NCBI GenBank assembly: GCA_965250285.1
Contig: OZ252299.1
Location: 64,001-128,000, forward strand
Source of the DNA: Myxococcota bacterium
Lineage (GTDB): Bacteria; Myxococcota_A; UBA9160; UBA4427
Direction: 5' to 3'
DNA length: 64,000 bases
The notes below the pieces were generated by a model that saw only the letters and a list, made by a program, of their open reading frames with translations, was not told the origin of the DNA and did not search any database. Of the stretch, positions 39,672 to 47,573 are shown one piece after another (positions within the stretch are counted from its first letter, which is position 1; each line of letters starts with the position of its first letter). The translations under genes and the position numbers were made by a program.

Positions 39672-40268
39672 ATGAGCCGAAGTCGTACTGCTGCGCCCGG
39701 ATTTCGCCGCCCGGGCCGAGGCGCCCTCTCTGCGGCGCTCTTTCTCACTCTCCTCACTGCGCTGCCCGCTTCGGCGGCCCTGATCGATCAGGGGGCCACC
39801 ACCCTCGACGACTCGACGAATCTCGAGTGGCTCGATCTGACCCTGACCCAGGGTCTGACGGCGCAGCAGGCGCTCGACGCGAATCCGACGTTCGTTCAGG
39901 CGACCGTCGCTCAGGTGCAGGCGCTCTATCAGCAAGCCGGCTTCACGAATCTCACGAATCAGACGTGGGATACCGGCAATGCGGCCGGCGCGATCCTGCT
40001 CTTCGATCTCATGGGCTGCACGTTCGGCTGCGACTCGGGCCGGTTCCCGAAGGCGTCGGGCTACGCGACGGGTGGAGCGAACCCGATCTACGGCTTCGAC
40101 GGCCAGAAGGACGCGGGCGGCGTCGTGTTTCGAGCCAAGGTGTTCGAGACGTCGGTCGTGAGCGACTCGGGTCACTACCTCGTGCGCGAAGTCATCCCCG
40201 AGCCCGGGACGATGCTGCTCGTCGGCGTCGGCCTCGCGGGCCTCGCGCTGCGGCGGCGCCAGGCCTAG
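39672..40268 (+). CDS. PEP-CTERM surface protein
   Basis: TLDDSTNLEWLDL; VIPEPGTMLLVGVGLAGLALRRR. Confidence 0.9.
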   Translation: MSRSRTAAPGFRRPGRGALSAALFLTLLTALPASAALIDQGATTLDDSTNLEWLDLTLTQGLTAQQALDANPTFVQATVAQVQALYQQAGFTNLTNQTWDTGNAAGAILLFDLMGCTFGCDSGRFPKASGYATGGANPIYGFDGQKDAGGVVFRAKVFETSVVSDSGHYLVREVIPEPGTMLLVGVGLAGLALRRRQA

Positions 40269-40480
40269 GCGGTCGATCGAGGCACCCGGCTCGTCGCGTG
40301 TTCGGCGGGCCGACGCGGGGCCGGGCGTGCTCGACGCGTCGACATCGCTCGGCGGTGTGTGCCGGCGCGACCTGACGCGTGGCCGGGGCGAGGACGATCT
40401 CGGGTGCTCTCGGCTGCCGGGGATCCAGATCGCATCGAGCACTCGCGAGGAACGCGGTGCGCGCGATCTGCGTGGAATCG

Positions 40481-40529
40481 AGTGGTGGCCCAGGGCGGAT
40501 TTGAACCGCCGACACCTCGATTTTCAGTC
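40481..40529 (-). repeat. att site: duplicated 3' part of tRNA-Phe
   Basis: AGTGGTGGCCCAGGGCGGATTTGAACCGCCGACACCTCGATTTTCAGTC, identical to 56489-56537. Confidence 0.95.
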
Positions 40530-40712
40530 TCCGGCGCGCCTCTACGATCACCTGCGCAGGACCACTCCCGCGCACCCCAAATGCCTGAAAATGATGAAGA
40601 TTGATGGACTCGTGGCCACCCGCGACTACGCTTTGCTGCGTTGGGCTTTGCTTCCGGATGCTTCCGATTTGCTTCCAGCGTCGGTGAGCGTGGCAAAGCC
40701 GGGAGGCCAGTC

Positions 40713-41936
40713 ATGCCGAAGCTCTCGAAGCGCGAAATCGACTCGATCTCGCCCGACCCCTGTCGCGAAGTCTTTGCCTGGGACGATGACCTGAAGGGCT
40801 TCGGCGTGCGCGTGATGCCCTCGGGACGCAAGTCCTTCGTCATCCAGTACCGCTCCGCCGGACGGACCCGCCGCATGTCGCTCGGTGCCGTAGGTGTTCT
40901 GACCCCCGCCCAAGCTCGCTCGGAAGCCATTCAACGTCTCGCGGAGGTCGCGCAGGGCGGTGACCCCTCGCGCGACCGGCGAGTGGCGCGCCTTGAGCCG
41001 ACGATGAGCGAGCTGGCTGAGCGGTACCTCGAAGAACACGCGAAGCCCCACAAGAAGCCCTCGAGCTACGAGAATGACGTGCGTGGGCTTCGACTTCACG
41101 TTCTACCGGCGCTGGGAAGCGCACGGGTCAAGGACGTGACGCGGCAAGAGGTGGCTGAGCTGCACAGTCGGATGAGAGCCACTCCCATCATTGCGAATCG
41201 CACACTCGCGCTGATCTCGAAGATGTTCAGCTTGGCTCGCCTTTGGGGGATTCGAGACGACAACCCGGTCGTCGGTGTTCCGCGCTTTCGAGAGAACCGC
41301 CGCGAACGCTATCTGTCGGAAGCCGAGATCGCGGACCTCGGTCGAACGCTGCGCGAGGCGGAAGCCCAGAGCGTCGAACCCGCTTCGGCGATCGCAGCGA
41401 TTCGGCTCCTGCTGTTCACCGGCTGTCGCAAAGGCGAGATCCTCTCGTTGCGCTGGCCCGACGTGGACTTCGAGAGAGGCTTGCTCTGGCTCAGGGACAG
41501 CAAGACAGGTGCGCGGACCGTCCCCATTAATGCGCCCGCTCGGGAGATCCTCGTCAACCTGCAACGATCTCGAACCGGCGAGACCTGGGTCATTGAGGGG
41601 CGGCACGCAGGGAAACCCCTCGTCGGGTTGTGGCGGGTTTGGAGCCGCGTGCGGGATCGGGCGGGTCTCGTTGACCTTAGGCTCCATGACCTGCGCCACA
41701 CGCACGCATCAGTCGCAGCTGATGCTGGGCTCTCCCTGCCGGTGATCGGCGCGCTTCTCGGTCACGCGAGCCCCGCTACGACCTCTCGCTATGCCCACCT
41801 TGCAGACGATCCGCGTCGCAGAGGTTCCGACATCGTGGGTGCCAAGGTTGCGGCCGCAATGTTCGACGGTCCCCGCGCCGAATTGCTGGATCTACCTATC
41901 GATCCTCGATCGTTGAAGGGGGCGACCAATGGATGA
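40713..41936 (+). CDS. tyrosine integrase, P4-like with N-terminal arm-binding domain
   Basis: WDDDLKGFGVRVMPSGRKSF arm domain; TGCRKGE, SKTG, HDLRH, LLGH, RYAH. Confidence 0.95.
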   Translation: MPKLSKREIDSISPDPCREVFAWDDDLKGFGVRVMPSGRKSFVIQYRSAGRTRRMSLGAVGVLTPAQARSEAIQRLAEVAQGGDPSRDRRVARLEPTMSELAERYLEEHAKPHKKPSSYENDVRGLRLHVLPALGSARVKDVTRQEVAELHSRMRATPIIANRTLALISKMFSLARLWGIRDDNPVVGVPRFRENRRERYLSEAEIADLGRTLREAEAQSVEPASAIAAIRLLLFTGCRKGEILSLRWPDVDFERGLLWLRDSKTGARTVPINAPAREILVNLQRSRTGETWVIEGRHAGKPLVGLWRVWSRVRDRAGLVDLRLHDLRHTHASVAADAGLSLPVIGALLGHASPATTSRYAHLADDPRRRGSDIVGAKVAAAMFDGPRAELLDLPIDPRSLKGATNG

Positions 41937-42288
41937 CGAAAACGATGGTTCGGGCACCCAGCGCACGAATCTGCTTGGCCTCTCGCGGTCGTTCCGTTTC
42001 GAGTTCGAGTCGGAGGACCCGCTGGAGCGGGCTCGCGAGTTCTACCAGCAACTGCCCCAGCCACTCACGGATCCGTTCATGGAGCTTGTCGGTGACTTGA
42101 TCTGTCACGGAGGGAAATCGAGTGTGGGACTCGCGAACGAAGCGTTCGCGAGGCTGATGCAAGACTCCGGTGTGCGCGCCGGGAACTGCGAGAGGTGCGG
42201 TCGTGCCTTTCTCAAGAAGAGCTCGGACAAGCGCTTCTGCCGGCCGACCTGCCGGGTTCAAGCGAATCGGGATCGGAACTTCTCGTAG
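41929..42288 (+). CDS. hypothetical protein with C-terminal CGNR-like zinc finger
   Basis: CERC...KRFCRPTC; overlaps the integrase stop. Confidence 0.65.
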   Translation: MDDENDGSGTQRTNLLGLSRSFRFEFESEDPLERAREFYQQLPQPLTDPFMELVGDLICHGGKSSVGLANEAFARLMQDSGVRAGNCERCGRAFLKKSSDKRFCRPTCRVQANRDRNFS

Positions 42289-42378
42289 CTCCAATTCAGT
42301 TGCTGTGTGCTGCTACGGATACGCGTAGGCGCGCACACTGCGTCCGTTTGGTTCCTTGCGGTACCGAGGGGGACTGCA

Positions 42379-42645
42379 ATGGAGCTTCTAAGGCCAGACG
42401 AGACGGTCTCGTACCTTGAGAAGGTGACCGGACGGCCCGGAATCGTCACATCTCGCACGCTCAAACGATGGCGGCGAGGTCGGCGAGGTCCGAGGCACGT
42501 CCAGCTCGAGGGGCGCATCTACTACAGGGAAGAAGACCTGAGGGTGTGGCTCTCACGCGCCGGAGTTTGGAACGACGCGCGTGATCCGCGCCCGTGGGTG
42601 AGAGGCTCGGCGGACGAGAGCCCGGTCAGGAGGTCGACATCTTGA
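42379..42645 (+). CDS. AlpA/excisionase-like HTH protein
   Basis: TLKRWRRGRRGP...GRIYYREEDLRVWL. Confidence 0.75.
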   Translation: MELLRPDETVSYLEKVTGRPGIVTSRTLKRWRRGRRGPRHVQLEGRIYYREEDLRVWLSRAGVWNDARDPRPWVRGSADESPVRRSTS

Positions 42646-42875
42646 CCTCGAACTCGGAAGCGTCATCGTCGAACGATCGACAGCGCCTTCTCACCACCGA
42701 GGAAGCAGCGCGGTTTCTCGCTGTTTCGCGCCGGACACTCGAGAAGTGGCGCCTCACGGGACAAGGGCCGGCGTACCTGAAGCTTGGCCGAAGGTCTGTG
42801 CGGTACTCGCCCGGAGAGCTAGATCGGTTCCTTCGGGGGAGCGCTCGGTCTTCGACCTCAGAGGTGCCGGTATGA
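42642..42875 (+). CDS. excisionase-like HTH protein
   Basis: LLTTEEAARFLAVSRRTLEKWR...GPAYLKLGRRSVRY; AGGAGG RBS, TTG start. Confidence 0.85.
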   Translation: MTSNSEASSSNDRQRLLTTEEAARFLAVSRRTLEKWRLTGQGPAYLKLGRRSVRYSPGELDRFLRGSARSSTSEVPV

Positions 42876-43156
42876 GCGCCCCCGAGCCCACCGATTCGGA
42901 GACCGGCCGAGAGTCGGTTCTCGAAGGCCGCGTGCGCGACGTTCTCAGTTCGTGCCCGGAGGCGCAGAAATCGCGGTTCCTGAAGCGAGCGGAGAGAGCG
43001 GTAGCGGGTTCCCGGTCTGCCGCGATTGAACTCAAATGCCTCGAATGCTGCTGCTGGTCGCTCTCAGAGGCGCGTTCCTGCCATATCGAGGAGTGTGCGC
43101 TCTGGTCGTATTCGCCGGCTGCTTCTGCCCGCAAACAGCTAGGGGTTCAGGGATGA
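42872..43156 (+). CDS. phage-type Cys-rich hypothetical protein
   Basis: AIELKCLECCC...CHIEECALWSY; translationally coupled. Confidence 0.65.
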   Translation: MSAPEPTDSETGRESVLEGRVRDVLSSCPEAQKSRFLKRAERAVAGSRSAAIELKCLECCCWSLSEARSCHIEECALWSYSPAASARKQLGVQG

Positions 43157-43638
43157 TCGTCGAAGACGATCGCCACCTTTCCCCGAAGGATGACCCCTAC
43201 TCGACGCTGGTTGAGCCCGGCGACAGCTACGTCGTCATGCCGCTCAGAATCGAGATCGGATCGAACTACCGTCGGCTCATCGCATTCGTTCGGTGCCAGA
43301 TCGTTGAACCTGCTGAGCACTCGGGTCTTCACATCTTTCGCTTCGTGAATCTGCCGGCTTGGTGGAAACCTCGTGCGAGGGGCCGAATCGGCAGGCGAAG
43401 CAATCTCTGGGCCGATTGCGTGTCGCTGTCTGGACGAAGGCCACCCGCAGGGTGGTTCGAACTCGAGCGACTCTACGCGGCCGACTCGATGTATCGCGCC
43501 AAGATCGTCACGGTCAGCGAAACCCAGGGCGAGGGTGGGCGTCGGGAGCCGATGCATGTGTGCGAACACTACTCGCGAATCGACCGATTCTTGGGGCAGG
43601 TAGCTGGATCTACCCCGCTAGGTGGCCGGGCTCTGTAA
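43153..43638 (+). CDS. hypothetical protein
   Basis: ATGA overlap with the upstream gene; 161-aa ORF. Confidence 0.55.
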   Translation: MIVEDDRHLSPKDDPYSTLVEPGDSYVVMPLRIEIGSNYRRLIAFVRCQIVEPAEHSGLHIFRFVNLPAWWKPRARGRIGRRSNLWADCVSLSGRRPPAGWFELERLYAADSMYRAKIVTVSETQGEGGRREPMHVCEHYSRIDRFLGQVAGSTPLGGRAL

Positions 43639-43987
43639 CCCAAACCCTAACCACAACCGCAACACTGACGGGAACCTCAACAGCAACAGGATACGGATAG
43701 AACTGGCCAAGGAATACGGGCACTTAGAATCGGTCCATCCATCTCGACGCCGACCTCCGGAGACGTGTGAGACATGCAATGCGCGCTTCTGTGACTGGGC
43801 GATCTGCTTAGAACGTTTTCCACCGGGTCGCTTGCTCGACCCACTCACTCGGGAATCCAGCCAGGGGGGAGGCGGCCCTTGTTGGGGCCGTCCTCTCCTG
43901 ACTCGGATCTAGCCAGATCCCCGAGCCGCTGTGGGCCATGAAATCCAGGTTGGCCATGTGATTTCGATGAAATGGTGGAGCTGAAGG

Positions 43988-44602
43988 ATGGGAGGCATTG
44001 GGTCCGGGCGCTACGGAACACGGCCACTCGTCGAGAACACGCTCAAGCTCGACGTGCTCTTGCTCACACGCAACGGGATTAGGCTGGGCGATGGCAACGT
44101 GTCGTGGAACAGGGGAGGGGAGCTGCTCTCGTCGATCGCATACAGAGTCGGCCGAGTTGGGTCCGATCCGACTTTGACGCTTCGCTATCTCGCCGGGCCA
44201 GAGAAGCGACCTATGCGGCAGATGATTCACCTTCAGTCGACACGCCCTCATCTGGGCGGCGAAAGATGGTGGTTTACCTGTCCACTGGAGGGCCGTCGAT
44301 GCCGGATGCTCTACTTCGGAGATGTTGTTGGCTTCAGCGGATTCGCTGGCCGAAGAGCACTTGGCCTCGCGTACCGGTCGCAGTGTGAGCACGCGGGAGA
44401 TCGCGCACTTCGACGAGCGCAGAAGCATCTACTTCGCCTAGGCGGCGAGGGCTGTATCGCAGATGAGATCGAGGGTCTACCGAAGCCAAAGTGGATGCGA
44501 TGGAAGACGTTCCATCGGCGGATGCTGGCTGCTCAACTGGCCGACGCGGAGAGCTGGGCATGGGCGTTCGAGCGAGTAGGCTCGACGCCCCACGATCGAT
44601 AG
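43988..44602 (+). CDS. conserved prophage/island hypothetical protein (MGGxGSGR family)
   Basis: MGGIGSGR...GGERWWFTCP...LAYRSQ...KPKWMRWKTF. Confidence 0.75.
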   Translation: MGGIGSGRYGTRPLVENTLKLDVLLLTRNGIRLGDGNVSWNRGGELLSSIAYRVGRVGSDPTLTLRYLAGPEKRPMRQMIHLQSTRPHLGGERWWFTCPLEGRRCRMLYFGDVVGFSGFAGRRALGLAYRSQCEHAGDRALRRAQKHLLRLGGEGCIADEIEGLPKPKWMRWKTFHRRMLAAQLADAESWAWAFERVGSTPHDR

Positions 44603-44813
44603 CGGTCGTCAAGCCTGACTCCGCCCCAGCGACTCGATGCCCCCCCCAATGTGTCTCGGACGTGATATGAAGCATCAGTCTCATTCTCCGCTTCGCGCGA
44701 CCCCTTGCGATCGTCGCAAAGCGTCGAATCTACAGCTAGTTGCGAAGGCCGACGCTGATATCGCTAGGATCTTACTCGGCGAGAGCGGCGATGGGCGTCG
44801 CCGTCGAATACAA

Positions 44814-44820
44814 GTTAGGC
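44814..44820 (+). other. integron recombination core (attI-like) at head of cassette array
   Basis: GTTAGGC followed by GGCGGC is the exact reverse complement of the GCCGCCGCCTAAC start of attC1; no attC body upstream. Confidence 0.7.
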
Positions 44821-44871
44821 GGCGGCTTCAGCCGGGAACGGCCAGGCTTGAGCCCAGCCGTCCCCAGACCT

Positions 44872-45117
44872 TCACTCATCTCTGAAGTAGTAGTTCCGCG
44901 GCTCGCCGTCGTACTGCCCGGTCCTCAGGCAGCACTTCTTGAAAACCGGCGTCCCGAGCCGCACGGACACAAGTCATTCCGCCCGAGCTTCTCCTCGAGC
45001 TCCTTGTTCCCGTGCACGACACGTCGGCCGCGCTTCACATGCGTCTCGCTGGGGTAGCCCTTCCGGCGCTTACTCGTTCTCTCGAAAGCGCGGGAGGTCG
45101 TCGTTCTTGGTTGCCAT
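44872..45117 (-). CDS. SEC-C metal-binding small protein split over reading frames (cassette 1, reverse orientation)
   Basis: GGGAGGT RBS + ATG 45117; [16 protein letters not shown] in one frame and [22 protein letters not shown] in another; may be recoded or a pseudogene. Confidence 0.75.
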
Positions 45118-45170
45118 GGGGCACCTCCCTTCTTGTGCGGGCCGTGGTGGCCCGGGCTTTGGGCGCGCAG

Positions 45171-45199
45171 GTTGTACCTCAGGTTGGGTGTGCAGTCCA
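45171..45199 (-). promoter_or_regulatory. sigma70-like promoter for the SEC-C cassette gene
   Basis: TGGACT-17 nt-TACAAC on the minus strand. Confidence 0.4.
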
Positions 45200-45236
45200 C
45201 GCTGCGCAGGCCACCAGCAATTTCGGGCACGCCGCC

Positions 45237-45367
45237 GCCTAACAAGCCGTTGCAGCGGACTTGCTCCCGCTGAGACGATCTCGGGTCGTGGTAGACTGGC
45301 GAGCGTCCGAGGCGTTCAGCCACTGCGAGCAAGGCCGCCGCAAGCCGCTGAACGCCGACCGTTAGGC
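45237..45367 (+). repeat. integron attC site 1 (131 bp)
   Basis: GCCTAAC...CAGCGGACTTGC...GCAAGCCGCTG...GTTAGGC imperfect palindrome (RYYYAAC...GTTRRRY). Confidence 0.92.
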
Positions 45368-45376
45368 GGCGGGCGC

Positions 45377-45757
45377 GTGCGCACACTCGCGGCATTGCAT
45401 CCGATCCTCCTCGCTGGGTGCCCGGCGACATACTGGGCTCAGATTCAGAACGAGTCCTCAAGCCGTCTCGTAGCCGTTCCGCCGTTCGAGTCCTCGTACG
45501 CGGTTGCGATCTCATCGGGCAGTTCTGCGCGGGTCTCCTGGTATCAGCCATGCCTAGTTCTTGTCGACGTCGACCGAGCCGAAACCAGTTTCTTTCAAAC
45601 GTTCCCGTTCCCCGACAACGTGGCGAGAACTCGCATGTTCTCGGTCAGACTCGAAGCAACGTACTCAGAGGGCCGTCTCTTCCTCGAGGCCGAAGACGGG
45701 TCCCGATTCGAGGTGCCCCGCGTCGCCGAGTGCTCAGCTGCCACTCCCGCCGCCTAA
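45377..45757 (+). CDS. cassette 2 ORF, probable lipoprotein
   Basis: GTG start, LLAGC lipobox; stop TAA lies inside the GCCTAAC of attC2. Confidence 0.65.
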   Translation: MRTLAALHPILLAGCPATYWAQIQNESSSRLVAVPPFESSYAVAISSGSSARVSWYQPCLVLVDVDRAETSFFQTFPFPDNVARTRMFSVRLEATYSEGRLFLEAEDGSRFEVPRVAECSAATPAA

Positions 45758-45882
45758 CAAGCCGTTGCAGCGGACTTGCTCCCGCTTAGGCGATATCGGG
45801 CCGTGGTAGAATCACGCTCGTCCGAGGCATTCAGCTGCTGCGAGCAAGGCCGCCGCAAGCCGCTGAACGCCGACCGTTAGGC
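45752..45882 (+). repeat. integron attC site 2 (131 bp)
   Basis: Same structure as attC1. Confidence 0.92.
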
Positions 45883-45896
45883 AGCGGGGCCCGGAG

Positions 45897-46139
45897 ATAG
45901 GACGCTACAAGTTCAAACTCGGGAACAAGCCCAGGCGCAAGCGCCGTCTCGATTCCGGACGGTCGCGTCTTCCCGGACCCGAGCGCCCGGCTGAACGCCC
46001 TGAAGTATCCGATAGGCGTCTGCTCTCGTTCTCCGACGCGAAGTGGCGCGTCCCCACATTCTCAGAGCTCCTGGCCTTCGCTGCAATCGCCAGCATTTTC
46101 GCTGTGATCGTCGCGTCGGTCTATTGGCCGGGGCCCTAG
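45897..46139 (+). CDS. cassette 3 ORF (80 aa, C-terminal TM) lacking a canonical start
   Basis: Open frame from ATA at 45897 to TAG 46139: IGRYKFKLGNKPRRKRR...LLAFAAIASIFAVIVASVYWPGP. Confidence 0.35.
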   Translation: MGRYKFKLGNKPRRKRRLDSGRSRLPGPERPAERPEVSDRRLLSFSDAKWRVPTFSELLAFAAIASIFAVIVASVYWPGP

Positions 46140-46225
46140 GTGGGGCTTCCTCTGCTTCGCTTCAGCGTTCATGAGTATCTCTGCCACTTGACTCAGGCTT
46201 GGCACTCGTGTCTGCATCCGCCGCT

Positions 46226-46356
46226 GCCTAACAAGCCGTTGCAGCGGACTTGCTAACGCCGAGGCGATCTCGGGTCGTGGTAGACTGCCGGGTGTCCGAG
46301 GCGTTCAGTCGCTGCGAGCAAGGCCGCCGCAAGCCGCTGAACGCCGACCGTTAGGC
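46226..46356 (+). repeat. integron attC site 3 (131 bp)
   Basis: Same structure as attC1. Confidence 0.92.
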
Positions 46357-46365
46357 AGCGCGACC

Positions 46366-46776
46366 GTGAGCCGGGCCGATGGACTCGTCCTGCATTCTCG
46401 ACAAATGAAGCACTCGCGCTGGCTTGCAAGGGGCTTCGCGACGCTTGCGATTCTCAATTCGATTCAGCGGGCGTGGCCTCAGGCCGCCCTGTTTACTGCG
46501 TGCGCCGTCGTGTTCTTCGCATCCACTCGATCAAACTTGAACTGGCTGCTCCTTTCAGACTCCATCGAGTTGCCGAGAGGTCCTTGGCGTCAACCGCGCT
46601 CGCTTGATCTAACGAAGCTGGCTTCGTGGCAATTCTTCCAGCCGACGAATGAGCTTACGCTGACCTTCCGAGATTCCTCCTCTAAGAAGCTGAGCCTTAG
46701 CATTCTAGAGCCAGACTCCCGCAACGATCTCGTTCGTGAACTCGAATCCCGCGCACCCGGTAGACACGTCACCTAG
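46366..46776 (+). CDS. cassette 4 ORF, membrane hypothetical protein
   Basis: Fills the cassette; two hydrophobic segments followed by a small soluble domain. Confidence 0.6.
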   Translation: MSRADGLVLHSRQMKHSRWLARGFATLAILNSIQRAWPQAALFTACAVVFFASTRSNLNWLLLSDSIELPRGPWRQPRSLDLTKLASWQFFQPTNELTLTFRDSSSKKLSLSILEPDSRNDLVRELESRAPGRHVT

Positions 46777-46787
46777 CGACGCGCGCT

Positions 46788-46918
46788 GCCTAACAAGCCG
46801 TTGCAGCGGACTTGCTAACGCTGAGGCGATATCGGGTCGTGGTAGAATCTCGGACGTCCGAGGCGTTCAGCAGCAGCGAGCAAGGCCGCCGCAAGCCGCT
46901 GAACGCCGACCGTTAGGC
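46788..46918 (+). repeat. integron attC site 4 (131 bp)
   Basis: Same structure as attC1. Confidence 0.92.
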
Positions 46919-46921
46919 GGC

Positions 46922-47389
46922 ATGGCGAATCCCCTGCTAACAACGCTTGCTGCTGTCGCCCTCGTATGCTGCTCGGGTACGGTGTCTCAGTCGAACATCG
47001 ACGGCGAGCCGACATCCCATTGCGAGCCAAAGCCACCGATAGAGTACGCTGCCTATGGCGTCGTCTTGAGCATCTCATCATCGAGTTGCATAGACGCCTC
47101 TGCACCGCTTCGTGATGGTGCCGGGTACGAATGGCTGTACGTCTACGATACGTATACCTTCCGGAATTCAGAGCTAGAGCTAGCGGCGCGCAGCTATGGC
47201 GAATCGTCCGAAGCTCACTTTCTCCGCCTTTCTGAGTCGGGCGAATCTCGATTCCTCACACACTCCGACTTCGACACTCCCATCGTTCTCGCGGCGGTCC
47301 AGTATCTATCCGAAGCGGGCAAATCCGAGCTCACGTGGCTCGACCCTCAGAATGACCTCAACGGCTATTCGCCAGTACCCTCTCGGTAG
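46922..47389 (+). CDS. cassette 5 ORF, exported/lipoprotein hypothetical
   Basis: ATG 3 nt after attC4; MANPLLTTLAAVALVCC signal. Confidence 0.65.
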   Translation: MANPLLTTLAAVALVCCSGTVSQSNIDGEPTSHCEPKPPIEYAAYGVVLSISSSSCIDASAPLRDGAGYEWLYVYDTYTFRNSELELAARSYGESSEAHFLRLSESGESRFLTHSDFDTPIVLAAVQYLSEAGKSELTWLDPQNDLNGYSPVPSR

Positions 47390-47402
47390 GCTGAGGCATT
47401 CC

Positions 47403-47533
47403 GCCTAACAAGCCGTTGCAGCGGACTTGCTAACGCTTGAGCCGATTTGGGTCGTGGTACCATGCCGGCTATCGATGGCGTCTCGGCGCGCTGTGCCAAA
47501 TCGGCGCAAGCCGCTGAACGCCGACCGTTAGGC
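47403..47533 (+). repeat. integron attC site 5 (131 bp)
   Basis: Same ends, more diverged centre. Confidence 0.9.
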
Positions 47534-47573
47534 AGCGGAGGTTCTGGCACCGTGACCATGGGAAGCATCGTCG

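Noticed and set aside
40481..40529. Second tRNA-Phe gene
   Set aside because: Only the 3' part up to the anticodon arm is present; the D arm and 5' acceptor strand are missing, so it is an att duplication.
40713..41936. Island integrase as an integron integrase (IntI)
   Set aside because: It has a P4-type arm-binding N-terminus, no obvious IntI-specific insertion before HxxR, sits by the att repeat, and is not adjacent or divergent to the array.
45237..47533. 131-bp repeats as a CRISPR array or REP/MITE
   Set aside because: Too long, spacers are 340-490 bp and hold ORFs, no cas genes; the ends match the attC RYYYAAC/GTTRRRY pattern.
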